A stretch of 64,000 nt of DNA, from contig NC_058384.1 of NCBI RefSeq assembly GCF_018350175.1, positions 67,146,001 to 67,210,000 on the forward strand, in the 5' to 3' direction. Of the stretch, positions 1 through 12,200 are shown in pieces; the stretch's first letter is position 1, and every line of letters begins with the position of its first letter. Both the position numbers and the translations under genes were made by a program. The DNA is from Felis catus (taxonomy: Eukaryota). The notes under the pieces are model-generated. The model worked only from the letters and a program-made list of their open reading frames with translations, did not search any database and was not told the origin of the DNA.

Positions 1-727
1 GCGTGGGTCTGCCAACCTGCTGTGTGCCCACTTGCCCTCTCTGCATCGGGCCACGGGTGCCTCCCTGCCCGGCCGCGCTGAGCATAAAGGAGGTCTGGCG
101 GAGGGGGTCTTAGCATCTCACCTGGGACATGGGGCTACAAACGGTAACGATTTGCCGGAGCTGCGGGGGGATCAGCTGTGATGACGTCTGTGGGGTGCTT
201 GGCACCCCACGGGCGTGAAGCGGGGGCTCATAAATGGTAGCTGTTCTTACAGTTATTAAATGGGAGGGCCCCGCAAACGGCCCGAGCCTGCGGCAAGGAC
301 TCCTCATTACTGCTCTGGCTGGGGGTAATGAGGCCTGTGGTAATGGCCCCTCACACTCCCAGGCCCACTGACAAAAGGCCCAACAAAGTGGGAAGTGAAT
401 GCCTAATGGGACCCTTGGGGGCTCCGCCCAGGGCTGGGGGGCGTCGGGAAGGACCCTCTGGCTGCAGCTCCAGGTGCCGAAGAACCCGCAGGCCAGAGAC
501 CCTGCCGATAGGCCGCCCCTTCTCTGACCCAGGTCAGCTCACCATCGGGGCCTTGGCTGAGCGGGGCGTGCACCCCAGCACCCCTGACCTCTCGAGGCTA
601 GCCTGGGAGACCAAGAACCCAAACGAATAAGTGAAGTGCGCCTGATGTCAGCTGGCCACGAGTGATCTGGAGAGAAATAGAACCGGAAAAGGGGACAGGA
701 AGGGCAGGGGTCAGAAGGTGAGTTGCA

Positions 728-1189
728 GGGGCGCCTGGGTGGCTCAGTCGGTGGAGTGTCTGACTTCGGCTCAGGTCACGATCTCACGGTTCATGAGTTC
801 GAGCCCCGCGTCGGGCTCTGTGCCGACAGCTCGGAGCCTGGAGCCTGCTTCACAGTCTGTGTCTCCCTCTCTCTCTGCTTCCCGCATCCCCCCCACCCCC
901 GCTCACACTCTGTCTCTCAAAAATAAATAAATGTTAAAAAAATAAAAAAAAAAAAAGTGAGGGGCGCCTGGGTGGCACAGTCGGTTAAGCGTCCGACTTC
1001 AGCTCAGGTCACGGTCTCGCGGTCTGTGAGATCGAGCCCCTCGTCGGGCTCTGGGCTGATGGCTCAGAGCCTGGAGCCTGTTTCCGATTCTGTGTCTCCC
1101 TCTCTCTCTGCCCCTCCCCCGTTCATGCTCTGTCTCTCTCTGTCTCAAAAATAAAGGTTAAAAAAATTTTAGAAAAATTAAAAAAAAAA
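728..1189 (+). mobile_element. Two tandem CAN-SINEs (728-956 and 961-1189)
   Basis: tRNA-derived head GGGGCGCCTGGGTGGC(T/A)CAGTCGG, (CT)n segment and A-rich tail; flanking duplication GTGAGTTGCA at 718-727 and 1190-1199. Confidence 0.95.
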
Positions 1190-1524
1190 GTGAGTTGCAG
1201 TATCAGATAAGGTCCTTAGGGACAGCCAGATTTTGTTCAACGGCTTCTTGTGAAAAATTGTAAATAGACACAACACCGGTCAGGACAGTAGAGCAGCCCC
1301 GGCCTCCATGGCTCCTGGAGGCTCCTGGCCACAGCCTCCCCTACTCCCTCCCCGCCACCTGCCTCCCTTGGTAGGCCCAGAGTTGTTTTCAGCAAATCCC
1401 ACACCTCTCCTTTGGCAGAGGGTTCGGTCTGAGCGGGGACAGAGGGACAGACGGGCGAGGCAGCACTTGGTCACTCGGGAGGCGGGCTCCCAGGCAGACA
1501 GACTGCTACGGTATGTGGACGGGG

Positions 1525-1700
1525 GGCCTCCAGTCTCGTCTTTGTAACTGGCCGTGTGACATTTCACGAGTCTCCTAACTGCTCTGAACGTCAGATTTGC
1601 CGTCTGTGAAATGGGGCTGATCCTTTATCCCACAGGGGGTTCGTAGGAGGGGAATGAGTGTCCCTGTGTGTGTTTCATAAAAGTACAGCGACACGGCAGA
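1525..1700. mobile_element. MIR element
   Basis: MIR core-like TAACTGGCCGTGTGAC...CTCTGAACGTCAGATTTGCCGTCTGTGAAATGGGG. Similar cores near 16990, 18650, 33650 and 45570. Confidence 0.6.
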
Positions 1701-4700
1701 GCCAGGGTCTGGCCCCAGAGAGACTCAGTGACTTGGAGGTGAGACAAGGCCCCAGGGTACCCAAGACCAGGTGGGGGCTGGGAAGTCTCCTGCAGGAGGT
1801 TACCCCTGAAGGGAACTCAGTTCGGCAGGCCTCCGTGAAGGGGAGGGGGCTGAGCCCAAGCTTGGCCTTGTGTGCTGGTCTGCCTTTCAGCCCCACCCCC
1901 CATGGATGGGCCACAGGATTCCAGGCTGCTGGAGACAAGGAGGGCCGGAAGGCCTGAATGGCCACTGTTCTCTGAAGAGGCTTCGTCCCCTTTAAAGACC
2001 CTTATCACCACCTCCACCTCCCTCCCAGGGTGATTATCACCCAGAGGGGCCTTTCCTAGGGGACATAAAGAGACCCTCAACTCCCATCAGTTAGGCAGGA
2101 TAATGGGCCATTCACTCAGAGGGGACCCCAGCCCCACACCTGGCCCTCTCGGGCAGCCCTACTCGACCGCCCCATTGTCCCAGGCTGCCTCGCACGCACA
2201 CATGGGCGTCAGTGGCAGGGGGAGCCCGAGTCCCCAGCTGGAGCGATCCTGGCCCTTCCCCCACCTCTCCAGCCGCCTGGACTCTGGGCTCGATCTGGGG
2301 GAGGTGGGCCTGCCATTCATCACACCCCCCCCACTCGGAATTTCACTGCTCTCGAAAGCCCTTACAGAGTGATGGGAAAATGGGAGGGAATAATTAGGAA
2401 AATCATTAGCGTCTCAAGGCCCATCTGAGAGGGATTAAGGGATTAAAAGCCTTGCAGCCAATCTCTCCTACTTTAAGGTTGTTGTAGGGGTTTTGTTTTC
2501 AGGACTTTCTTTTTCCTCTTTTCTTCTGAGTTGGGGCAGACTGAAGTCTTGGTGGATCCTTCCTTCAAAAGCTATAGGAAAAAGTCAAGACATTGAAGTC
2601 CCGGTGGGGAAGAATGGGGGAGGCAGGTGTCTGGGGAAGGGTCCTCCCCAAGCTCTCCTGGGCCGCCTTGGGCCCCTTCTCAGGGCCTGAGTGGTCGGGG
2701 AGGGGGTGCTGAGGTCATGTTTGCTGGTCTGCCTCTCAGCGCCACCCCCCATGGAGGAGTGCCCAGCCCTGCCTGTGGGCCACCTTCCACCTGCCCCGAG
2801 TGCTGGCTGAGGGTTCAGCAGGCCCCTCTGCCCCCCATTGGGTCCGTCCTGCTCTGGTGGCCTGAGGCTGGAGGCCCAGGGGGAGACAGTGAGGCAGGAA
2901 GATCGGGCTGTAAGCACCACGCAGCGCTATCCTTGGGCGGCCCAGGATCCAGTTGGGGCCAGCAGATAGACGGCTCCTTACAGCACGCTGTGAGGGGGAC
3001 TGAGATGTAAAGGGGGGCGGGGGGTCTTCAGAGGAGGCAGACCCCGTGCAGTCTGGAGGGGTTAGGGACAATCCCCCGGAAGAGGTGGCTGTATTTATTT
3101 ATGGGCATTCGGTCATTGTGAGGTAGGTGTTCTACTCGAACACATCATCTGCTTTCACCGTGGGTCACTGTCTCCCTGAAAGGGTCCCTGTGTCCCGCGG
3201 CCACAGGAGGAGGAATTCAAATCCCACACCACCTGGCTTAAGGCCAACAGGGACGCTGAGGCCTAAGGGCTGCTGGGGCGCGGAGGCACGCGTCAGGTGG
3301 ACACCCAAGCTCGCTAGTCTTTCTGCCTCCAACCCAAGCCATCCCCCCACCCCCAGAATGTTCCGGAGAAGAAAGATACAGGCCTCACGTGGCTCCCACA
3401 GCTCCCTCCCCCGATACACACAGCGGCCTCCCTGGTTCCAGTTCTGGGTCTCCCTCCACTTCTCAGGAAGCTACCCGCCCCCCCCCCCCCAGCCTCTGTG
3501 CCCACTGACACTCGCCTGGAAGGGCCTGGGGCCAGGCAGGGCGGCCGCGAAGCCGAGCGGCCCAAGACGGAGGCGGCCAGAAGCCTCCCGCAGCCAGCGC
3601 CTTGCCAGGGGTGCGGGGGGGGGGGGGGGTAGACGCTGGCGGCCGTAGCCTGCCGCAACATCAATAATCGCTTTTATTAATGGTCTTAATTAGCAACTGC
3701 CGACAAGAAGCCCGGTGCTAATTCCACCAATAATCTAGGCTCGCGGGGCGTGGACAGAAGGGCGGGTGCAGGATGGATGGCAGGCGGCCACCGCGTACGG
3801 TCGGTCCGGCTACGGCGAAGCCTGCCTGAGAGGCGAGAGGGACGGGGAGGAAGGGGGACCCTGCCCCCCACCACCTCCCACACCAGGGGTCCATAGCCCC
3901 CCGTGGCGCAGCCTCCTCAGATGGTGTTGGGACAAAATGAAGCGTGAGGAATGGGGGTGGGGGGAGGGGAGACCTCTGTCTGCGCCTCCAGGGCCAGAAC
4001 CAGACAACAGCCCGTGGGATGAAGGCGAGTCTATAAAAGCCTGAGTGAAATGAGCTAGAAGGCGATTGGGAACAAGCCCCACAGTGTCCTGGAGCCACAT
4101 TCCTCGCTCTGGGGAGGGGGAGATGGTTGATGCGAGCAGGGACACTGGGGGGGCCGCCTCTCCAGCTGAGCCCTCTCCTGCCAAGAGGAGCAGGGTGGGA
4201 AAGGCGAGTTTCAGAATCTAGACGATGTCCTAGCACAACAAGGCCACTTCCTCTCTCAGCCCCCGAGCCAAGCTGGGCCCGCTTGGGGCCCCAAAGACCA
4301 GCGAGCGGCCCCGAGAGCCCTGGAGGCCCAAGCCAAAGAGAGAGGGCCGCTTGGGGGGGGCGAGGAGCTCCGGTCACGCCTCTTCCGGGGACCGCCCGCC
4401 CCAAGGGTGCCTCCTGCAGGTGCCCACGCTGAGGGAGGGTGTACCCGGGGTTCGGGGGGTGGACGCTCCGGCCACATGTGGACTTGTGTTGAGGATGTGG
4501 GGCCAGAGGAGTTTCCCTGGGGCTGGGCAGCCCAGATCAGAATGTTCTGGAGGGGTTCTGGGTGGGGCCGGAGGCCTGGACAGAAGAGCGGCTGGCTGAG
4601 GAGTTGCAGCAGGGCCCGTGTCCAGAGGTGGGGGTCTGGGGGCAGGCACCCGGCTCCCAGCCCTGGTCCCCTGAGCCTGACTTTCCTCTTATCCACTGGT

Positions 4701-7700
4701 GTTCCACGTGCTAGTCCCTGAGGCCAGGCTCCCTCCCTCCCCCCTCACAATGGGGTTACTGCACCTGCATCCCCAGGGGAGCCAGGGGCCTGGAAGGGAA
4801 GAGCTCCTTCTGAGATGGGGGGGCCCCCCCCAGAGGAACAGGCCTATGATGTGGCGGTAGGACCCCCGCCTCCAGGAATACCAGCGGTTCCACCAGCCTC
4901 CTCTCCCTCCTCCTCCTTACTGGGACGGGGATCTGGGCTTCCTGGGACAGTTCTTTTGGGTGTTGCCCGATAGATTGTGCCCTGAGAACATGACGAGTCC
5001 CGGAAGCGTCACTGTTTCAAGGGCCCAAACGCCATCTCTATACAGCTTCTCACCTGAGCGGCATCAGCCCCTGGTCAGGAATCTTCGTAGAGGTTTGGGG
5101 AAGACGAACTCAGGAGGCCCTGCACCTTGCCAGGCTCAAGCCCAGGTACTGCACGCGCCCAAGAGCAGGGCTCCAGGCTCCTCGCCAGGATAGACTCTGC
5201 TCCTAACAGAGCTCCCGTGCCCACTGTCTATTTTTTTTTTTCAAGTGAACTCTGTACCCATCATGGGGCTCGAACGCAGGACCCTGTGATCAGGAGTCAC
5301 ATGCTCTACCGTCAAAGCCAGCCAGGCATCCTCACTGGGCGTTTCAGTCCAGGGTTCGACCGGTTCCATCTGTTAGCCGGACACAGGCCCCTGGGCTGGG
5401 GCGGAGGGTCGGACCACTTTCACTTGTGGGAGGGGACTTTATGTGGGACCCCTGTGCCTACATCCCTGGAGAAGCTATTTTAGTCCTGCCTTGGTGAGCC
5501 CTTCTCCCAGGCAGAGGCGGGGCCCCTAACTGTGGCGACAGCAGAAGGAGGCAGGAAGGGAGGCCTGCACTAGGCCTGGGGCTCCCTGGTCAGAGAGGAT
5601 CCCTTGGGGAGTCTCTGTCCAGTAAGCTGCTTTGGGGAAACCATGAGCACTTCCCCCACGGCTCTGGACGGGAACGGGCTCCAGGAACACCTGTAAGAGT
5701 CCACTGGGTCAATGCAGTGTGAGGAAATGGACGCAGATGGGGACTGGGGTTTGGCTAACACGTAGGGAGGGTAGGAAGGACAGCGACCGCAGCCAGGTTT
5801 AACCCCCAAGAGACGGGTTCAGAGACAGGGACGGACTCCTGCAGACCGCGGAGCTAGTGAGAGGGGGAGGTCAGCTAGGTGCCCACCGCGGTCTGACCCC
5901 AAAGTCAAGCCTCTTTGGGGCAAGGGGTAGGTATGGACGGGACCGTTTTGGCCAAGGCTGGTGATCAGACAGTGCCGTGGAGACAATGGCGCTCTGTCCC
6001 AGGGCGCTGGGGACGCCAGCTCATCCCTATGCAGTGACTGCCGGCCCCTTTCAGGCGGTGGAAGCCGGCGGCGGAGGGGAATTCTCACAGGCCGGTGGCA
6101 TTTGCATAGCCGGCTCGCCCGCCTGCCTGCCGGAGACATTGGCCCGCATTGTTCCCACCGGCGGTGGTGGCGCACGGGCCCGGGACGCGCAGGGCGCGGG
6201 CGGCAGGGCCAGACAAAGGGGCCGGGGCGCAGAGCCGGGAGGCGGCGGGTAGGGGTCCTGACGGTGGGAGAGAAATATCGGGGTGAGGCGGGGCGCCCGC
6301 CGAGCCCGTCTGCCCCGGTACGGCCACCGGCCCCCACTTTGGACACCCAGGCCGTGTCTAATTCCTGCCTGAGCCGGTGCCTCGCGCCGTGATGTGAATC
6401 CCAATGGCGCAGCTCAGGCCTTTCCCAGGCTGCGTGGTTCAGGCCAGGTCCTCCAGAGGTCAGAGGAGCCGCTGTGGCCAAAGGGTTCCAGCCCCACAGA
6501 CACAGAAGCATGGGGCAGAGGGGGATCTTGCAGACCCCTTTGTCACAGACACACAGTTACCCGAAGCCAGAACAGTGGCCACTTCCCAAAGCCCGTCCCT
6601 CAATGCCCCAGGTCTGCTGTCTTCCACGCTGACCCCAGTGCGGCCCGTCTCTCCCATCAGTGGGGCCCTGGAGGAGAGCGAGGCCCCAGTGTCCTCGTCC
6701 ATCATTGTCCCCAGAGCTCAGGCACTGGGGCCGGACAGAGTTCATGAGTGGACAAGTGTCTGGTTGTCCTGCATTGAGAGTGATAATGATGGTGATCAGA
6801 GGGGCTGTCCCTGAGGGGCAGGGGCCTCATTGTCCTCAAGGGGTAAGGAAGGTGCCCCCTTGGCCCCTGTCCCTGCCATCTCCTTGACCTGCTCATTGTC
6901 ACCCTGTTGACCCAGCCTGAATGGATGGGCCACCGTGCAGAGGACCAATGGTGCTGAGCCGGCTGTAGGGAAGATGGGGGAGGGGCTCCATGTTGGTTCA
7001 GCAGACGGGTTCCAGGGACACCTGTATTTCCTGCCCTCTGAGCTCCCTCCCTGAAAGCAGTGATGAGACCGTGATCCCTGTCCCCCATCCCCAAACCACA
7101 AGGGACGGCTTGCTTCAATCAGGGCTCGGTCTCTGGGGTGCCCACCAGCTTGCTTTGCCCCAGGCACCGGTGGGGAAGGGAGAGGAGAGAATGTGTGACA
7201 AACCAGGCATCGGGTTCAGGAAATCTCGGCCCCGGACAGAGTCCCCTGAGCCCAGGTGTTGGGTCCTGTAGCAGAGCTCAGCACTGTCTCCAGGCCACAG
7301 GGGACTTTGTGGGGATGATGGAGCTTGGAACGAGTTGCAGGACCTGTAAGGCCGTGTGTTGTGGGGCAGCCCACGCCCTGCCCTCCTTTCTCAGGGGCCT
7401 GGGGTGGGCGTCCCACGTCTCCTCCCTTGGAAGCATGTCCCTTCTCCGCTGAGGTGGGAGCAGTGGCCAGCCTGGGCTGGAGCTGTTCATGTGCTCGTGC
7501 CGGGAGGAGATCTGGCTGTGGTCAGTCAAGGAGGAACAGGGAGCAGAGGGGAGGCGCCGGCATGAATGACTCCCCAGACCGGGCCAGGGCAGGGAGGGTC
7601 TCCTCCCACCGCAGAGTCTCCCTTTCCTGGCAGCCTTTCAGATCCCTGTAAGGACTGCTGGGGACTCTAGTTCAGCACAGGGGCTGGGAGCTGAGGCCCC

Positions 7701-8460
7701 AGAGGGGGAGGGGGAGGTGGCCTCGGCTCTCCCAAGCCCCCTCCCTCCCCACAGGGGCTGACAGGACAGGGGGCCCTGTTGCAATCTGGGCAGTCATCCT
7801 CTGCTGGGCACAGGGTCTCCCCACAGCACTCCCGTCCCAGCCAGCAATGGGGGGTGGGGGGCGCTGCAGGAGGAGGAAGCCCATGGGCTGGGGCATAGTG
7901 GGGCCCTGGGGGCAGGGATGGGTCCCAGGGAGCGCCTGTGCCTCTGTGGCCCTCTTCGTTCCTCCCCTTCCCCTCAGCTCCGTGCTTGGCCTCCTTCCCC
8001 AGCCAAACTCAGGGCCTCCAACCACAGTGAGGATGAAGCCTGTTCCAGGGTCAGGCCCCAGGAACCTCTCCCCAGTGGCTGGCTCCCTAGGTCCCAACGG
8101 GCTTGGTCTTGAGGGACAGGTCCGTGGACAGACTGGCCCGGCTCCCACCAGAAGCCTGGAGGGAGGGCAGGACAGGGCCACGGGGTCCCAGCTCTTCCGG
8201 GAGGGGAGAGGCCCTCCGGTCTGCTGCAGGGGTGGTGTCTCTGATGCGTGAGATCGGAAGGCCCCAGAACCAGCCTGACATACAGTGGGGACTAAGAACT
8301 GGGAAGCAGTGTCTCCCAGAATGGTGAGGAACAGAGCAGAAGCAGACAGGAAGGCAGGAAGGCAGGAAGGCCGTCAGGCTGCAGGAAGGACGCCGGATCC
8401 GTGGAGGGTGGAGGGTGCAGGGTGGAGGCTGGGAGGCCACAGAGGCCTGTGCTGGGTCTG

Positions 8461-8479
8461 GAGCGCCCTCTGGTGGCCA
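8461..8479 (-). promoter_or_regulatory. CTCF motif just downstream of the RHBG 3' end
   Basis: Reverse complement TGGCCACCAGAGGGCGCTC, a near-perfect match to the CTCF core. Confidence 0.7.
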
Positions 8480-8950
8480 GAAGACCTCAGGCGGCAGAGG
8501 CGCGGCCTGCTTTCCCTGTTCTCTGCAGCCCCTCTCCTGAGACTCTGGGGGGGGGTGGGAGTGGGGGAAGAAGGGGTTCCTGGGTGCTGGCTGCTTCCAG
8601 CTTCTGAAGACTCGGTGGCAAAGAACTCCCTGTTCGCCTTCGTTCAGAGACCGCCCAAGTCAGGATGGGAGTGGCGGCCATTCAGCAGGAAGACCTCTCC
8701 AGCCCGATTTTCTGGGAGGGAAGAGCTGCCTGTCCCTGGCGGCAGGCAAGCCCAGGCTGGGCACCCACCTCGTGGAAGCTGGCATGCTAGAGGGGGCTCC
8801 GTGGGCCCAGGGGGACAGGAGCTTGCTGGCACTGAGGTCCTCCCCACCCGAGTTTCCAACATGGTGCGTTAGAGCGAGAGAGCGAGAGACGAGCTCCCCA
8901 GATTCCCAGCGCACAAAAACGAGGCGTCTGAATCCTTGGTGCCAGTGGTG

Positions 8951-8956
8951 TTTATC
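8951..8956 (-). terminator. Probable RHBG poly(A) signal (variant GATAAA)
   Basis: About 285 nt after the stop, with a U/GU-rich GTTTTTGTG element about 35 nt downstream; no AATAAA nearby. Confidence 0.5.
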
Positions 8957-9240
8957 ACCGGGTCAGCCGGGCTGGAACACACCTCTCTGTGACCGTGTGG
9001 CCGTGGGCGGTGGGCTGGCCGTGGGTTGGGCACCTCGCTCACGGGCCACGGGGTGGGGCTGGGGGTGCTGAGGGGCCTCCCCCCGCCGGGTGCAGCAGGC
9101 TCCCCCACTCCCCCACCTTCCGCGGCCCTGTCCCCAGGGCCATCTTTGTTCCTGCAGCAGGAGGGATGGACCCAGAAAAGACCTTCCCTGCGGTCACCAT
9201 CTTCTAAAAAGAGAGTGTCCTCTCACGGGCTGGAAGCAAG

Positions 9241-12200
9241 TTAGGCCCGGGTGTCTGTCTCCTCTGCCCTCAGAGATCCCTGGGCTTCGTCCTCGCGTTC
9301 CCCAGGCACCTGGAAGGTGGGGGGGGGGGGTGGGCAGGTGAAGGGGAAGCTCCAGGGGGCTGGGGACCAGAGCTGGGGGGAGGGTGTCCCCCAGCAGAGC
9401 AGAGCCAACCAAGAAGGAAAGAGGCAGGTGGGACCATAGGAGGTGCGGCAGGGTGGGAGCTTTGGAGGATGAGATGGCCATCGGTCCAAGGGGCTGGGGA
9501 CACGCTCACCTCCCAGTAAATCCGGTCCTCGTAGCACTGGGAGTCTGGAGGGGGGTCCAGGAAGGGCAGCCTCAGCAGGAGCCCTGGTGGTGGGAGGGGA
9601 GGGTGGGTGGGGCTCCTGGCACTCCTGTGGGGGAGGTGGCCACCCCAGGCCCGAGGGCACCGAGGGGCTGAGCGGCCTGACACGCCTGCCCCGGCCGAAC
9701 CGCAGCTGTATTTGGGGAGCCCCTACTGTAGCCAGGCCCCCACGGGTGCTCGTCACCACAGCAGCCCTGCTGGGCGCGACCCTCACAGTACAGTGAAGGC
9801 AGCGAGCCTCAGAGAAATCCTGGGCACCTCACTCGTTCGGACAGTTGGCAATGGACCGGATCATGATTCTGTCCCGAACACGGCTCCTGAGCTTCCTGGG
9901 GCCCCCTGTCCGGGAGGGGTGCTGCACGAGTTTATTGAACAAATAAGTAAATAAACGAGGGGACGGAATCGAACCAGTTCGAGAATGAAAATCTCAAGAT
10001 GATACTGAATCAGAAGGAGTAAAGCCAGACATCAGGGAGGACTGTCTGATGGGCATCGGCGGGCAGTCGGTCTCTGTGGAGGTTGGGTGTTCCGGCCCCT
10101 CCCTGCCCCTGCCCCTGCCCCTGCCAGGGGAAAGACTGCTCAGCTTCCCCTTCAGGGCCTCAGCCTGAGGTTGGGCTGCCCTCTGGTGGGCAGAGTAAGC
10201 AGTACAGGGAAGCCAGAAAACGGGAGAGGGACCCCACTCTGCCCCTAGCCCACTCCCCATCTTCTCTTAGCCCCAGGAGGGAGCAAGTACCCACTTCTGG
10301 GGAAGGTTACCCTTGAATTCTGCAACCACACCCCCCACCCCCAGCCAAGGTCACTCACCTCCAAGGCCCCCGCCCACAGAGGCAAACGTCAGTGTGACAA
10401 GCAGCCCGAAGAGTTGGTACATGGCCTGAGCCGTGGCGGAGCGCTGGCCCTCGGCTACGAGCGGAAACACACTGCCTAGGCTGCAGGGAGAGGAGGTCGG
10501 GGGGGAGACAGGGCTCCTCAGTGCGTCACGCAGCAGCCAAAAGGGCCTCGCGGGAGCCTGGGACACCCACACGCTTTTCAAGACTCAGGTTAGGATCACT
10601 TTTGCTTGTTCTCTCCTCTGACCCCTGACGGTGCAAGAATTGAGCCTAAGGGTCATTACATCCTTCTGTCGTTATTCACGAATGAATGCATGAAAATAGA
10701 CACAGCTTTTTGCGCTGGTCCACAGGAGGAGGAAGAGAGTGAGGGAGGTCACCCCAGGGGGGGTAATGACCTGGGCAAGGGTCAAGGGTGGGGAGGACTC
10801 ACCCATCTCCATAAGCTTCGTGGGTGGCCAGCCCGGCCACAAGGACCCCCAGGAGGGCTCCCAGGACCCCAGGCATCCCGTGGAGGTTGTGGACGCCACA
10901 CGTGTCTTGGAGTTTGAATTTCGCCTCAAGGACGGGCTGGAGGACAGGACACCAATAATGAGTCCTGTGCGCCCCTCCCCGCCAGGCTGCTGGAGTCACG
11001 GGGGGAACAGGTGCTGGGGGACCCCCTGTTCTGCCCGGGGCCCGAGAGGCATCTATACCGTGAAGAACTTGTACCCCAGCGTGGAGACGGTCCCAGCCAG
11101 GAAGCCGGCTGCCAGGGCCCCAAAGGGCGTCAGCATCATTTCACCTGATGTCCCCACTACGACCCCTCCGGCCAGCGCTGCGTTCTGGATGTGAACCTGG
11201 GGAAGCACAGGGGAGCGGGGCATCGGGGGCCGGTCCAGGTCGACGCCCCCATCCAACCCCACCCCGTCCACCGCAGCGGCATCTAGGGCTTCTGGAAGTC
11301 CCTCTGCCGTCTGATCGCAAACTCTCCTGCTGTTGCGTGGTTGCCTCTTGCTGTTGCCCGTGCCTGCGCCCTGTCCTGTTCCCCTGCAGACCGGGCCTCG
11401 CAGGGTCCTCCCCCTGCCCGTCCCTCTGCCCCTCCCCAGCGCCCTCTCCCGCACCATGTCCAGCCGGCCGTGCTCCCCGATGAGGGCTGACAAGGCAAAG
11501 GTGCCGAGGGTGCTCGCGGTCAGGGAGTAGTACGTGTTCAGGGTTGTTCGGTGCTGCCCATCCCCCAGCATGGTGGGCGCCGAGTTGAAGCTGGGCCAGA
11601 AGGTCCACAGGAAGATGGTCCCTAAATGACGGGCAGGCCGGCAGAGTGAGAGGAAGCAAGTAGCCCCTGGGTAGCCTGGGTGTCCTCGCTCGCCAAGTGG
11701 GGGCCAAGCACCTCCAGGCGCAGGCCGTGCGTGGTGGCTCAGAAGGAGCACGCAGCCCAGGCCTAGCAGCCACTAGGTGCGCAGCCAAGGGCCGGCTACC
11801 AAAGGGCACGGACACGGAGCCACTCGACTGAGAACCACAGACGGTTGAGATCGGGGTATTTTTAAGCATCAGAAAAGGAAAGAAAAACAGGCAAAGGGCC
11901 CTGCATGTCAGGCACTGAACTGAGCTCGGTATTCGTATCAGGGAAACAATATGCTTTAAAACCTCAACCGCCTCCCGGAGACCTGGGCCCTGCAAGGTGC
12001 AAGTGAGGCCTCCGCCTGCGGGGCACCTGGATGGGCTCCCGGCCAGTCCTGGAGGGTGGGGAGGGGCAGAGGGACAAGGTGAGGGGAAGGCTGGGGACCC
12101 TGTAGGCTCGGGCCACCAAGGCAAGGAGGCTTGAGGGACTGCCCCTCGTCCTGAGCGGTCTCAGGGTGCGTTGTGACTTCTCCCTGCAACCCCGCTGTCT

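Noticed and set aside
718-1154. Recurrent short ORFs of the type MAQSV.RLTSAQV.ISR...[10 protein letters not shown] (also 14756, 26335, 27703, 30659, 33350, 47993)
   Set aside because: Translations of CAN-SINE sequence, not a gene family.
7671-7691. Possible REST/RE1 site (TTCAGCAC...)
   Set aside because: Only the left half-site matches; the GGACAG right half is absent.
3127-8900. Numerous 100-230 aa Pro/Gly/Arg-rich ORFs downstream of RHBG
   Set aside because: Expected by chance at this GC content; no recognisable domains or coherent exon structure.
11053-12124. 232-aa and 327-aa ORFs over RHBG exons 5-6
   Set aside because: Exons joined by open GC-rich introns or alternative frames; explained by the RHBG splice model.
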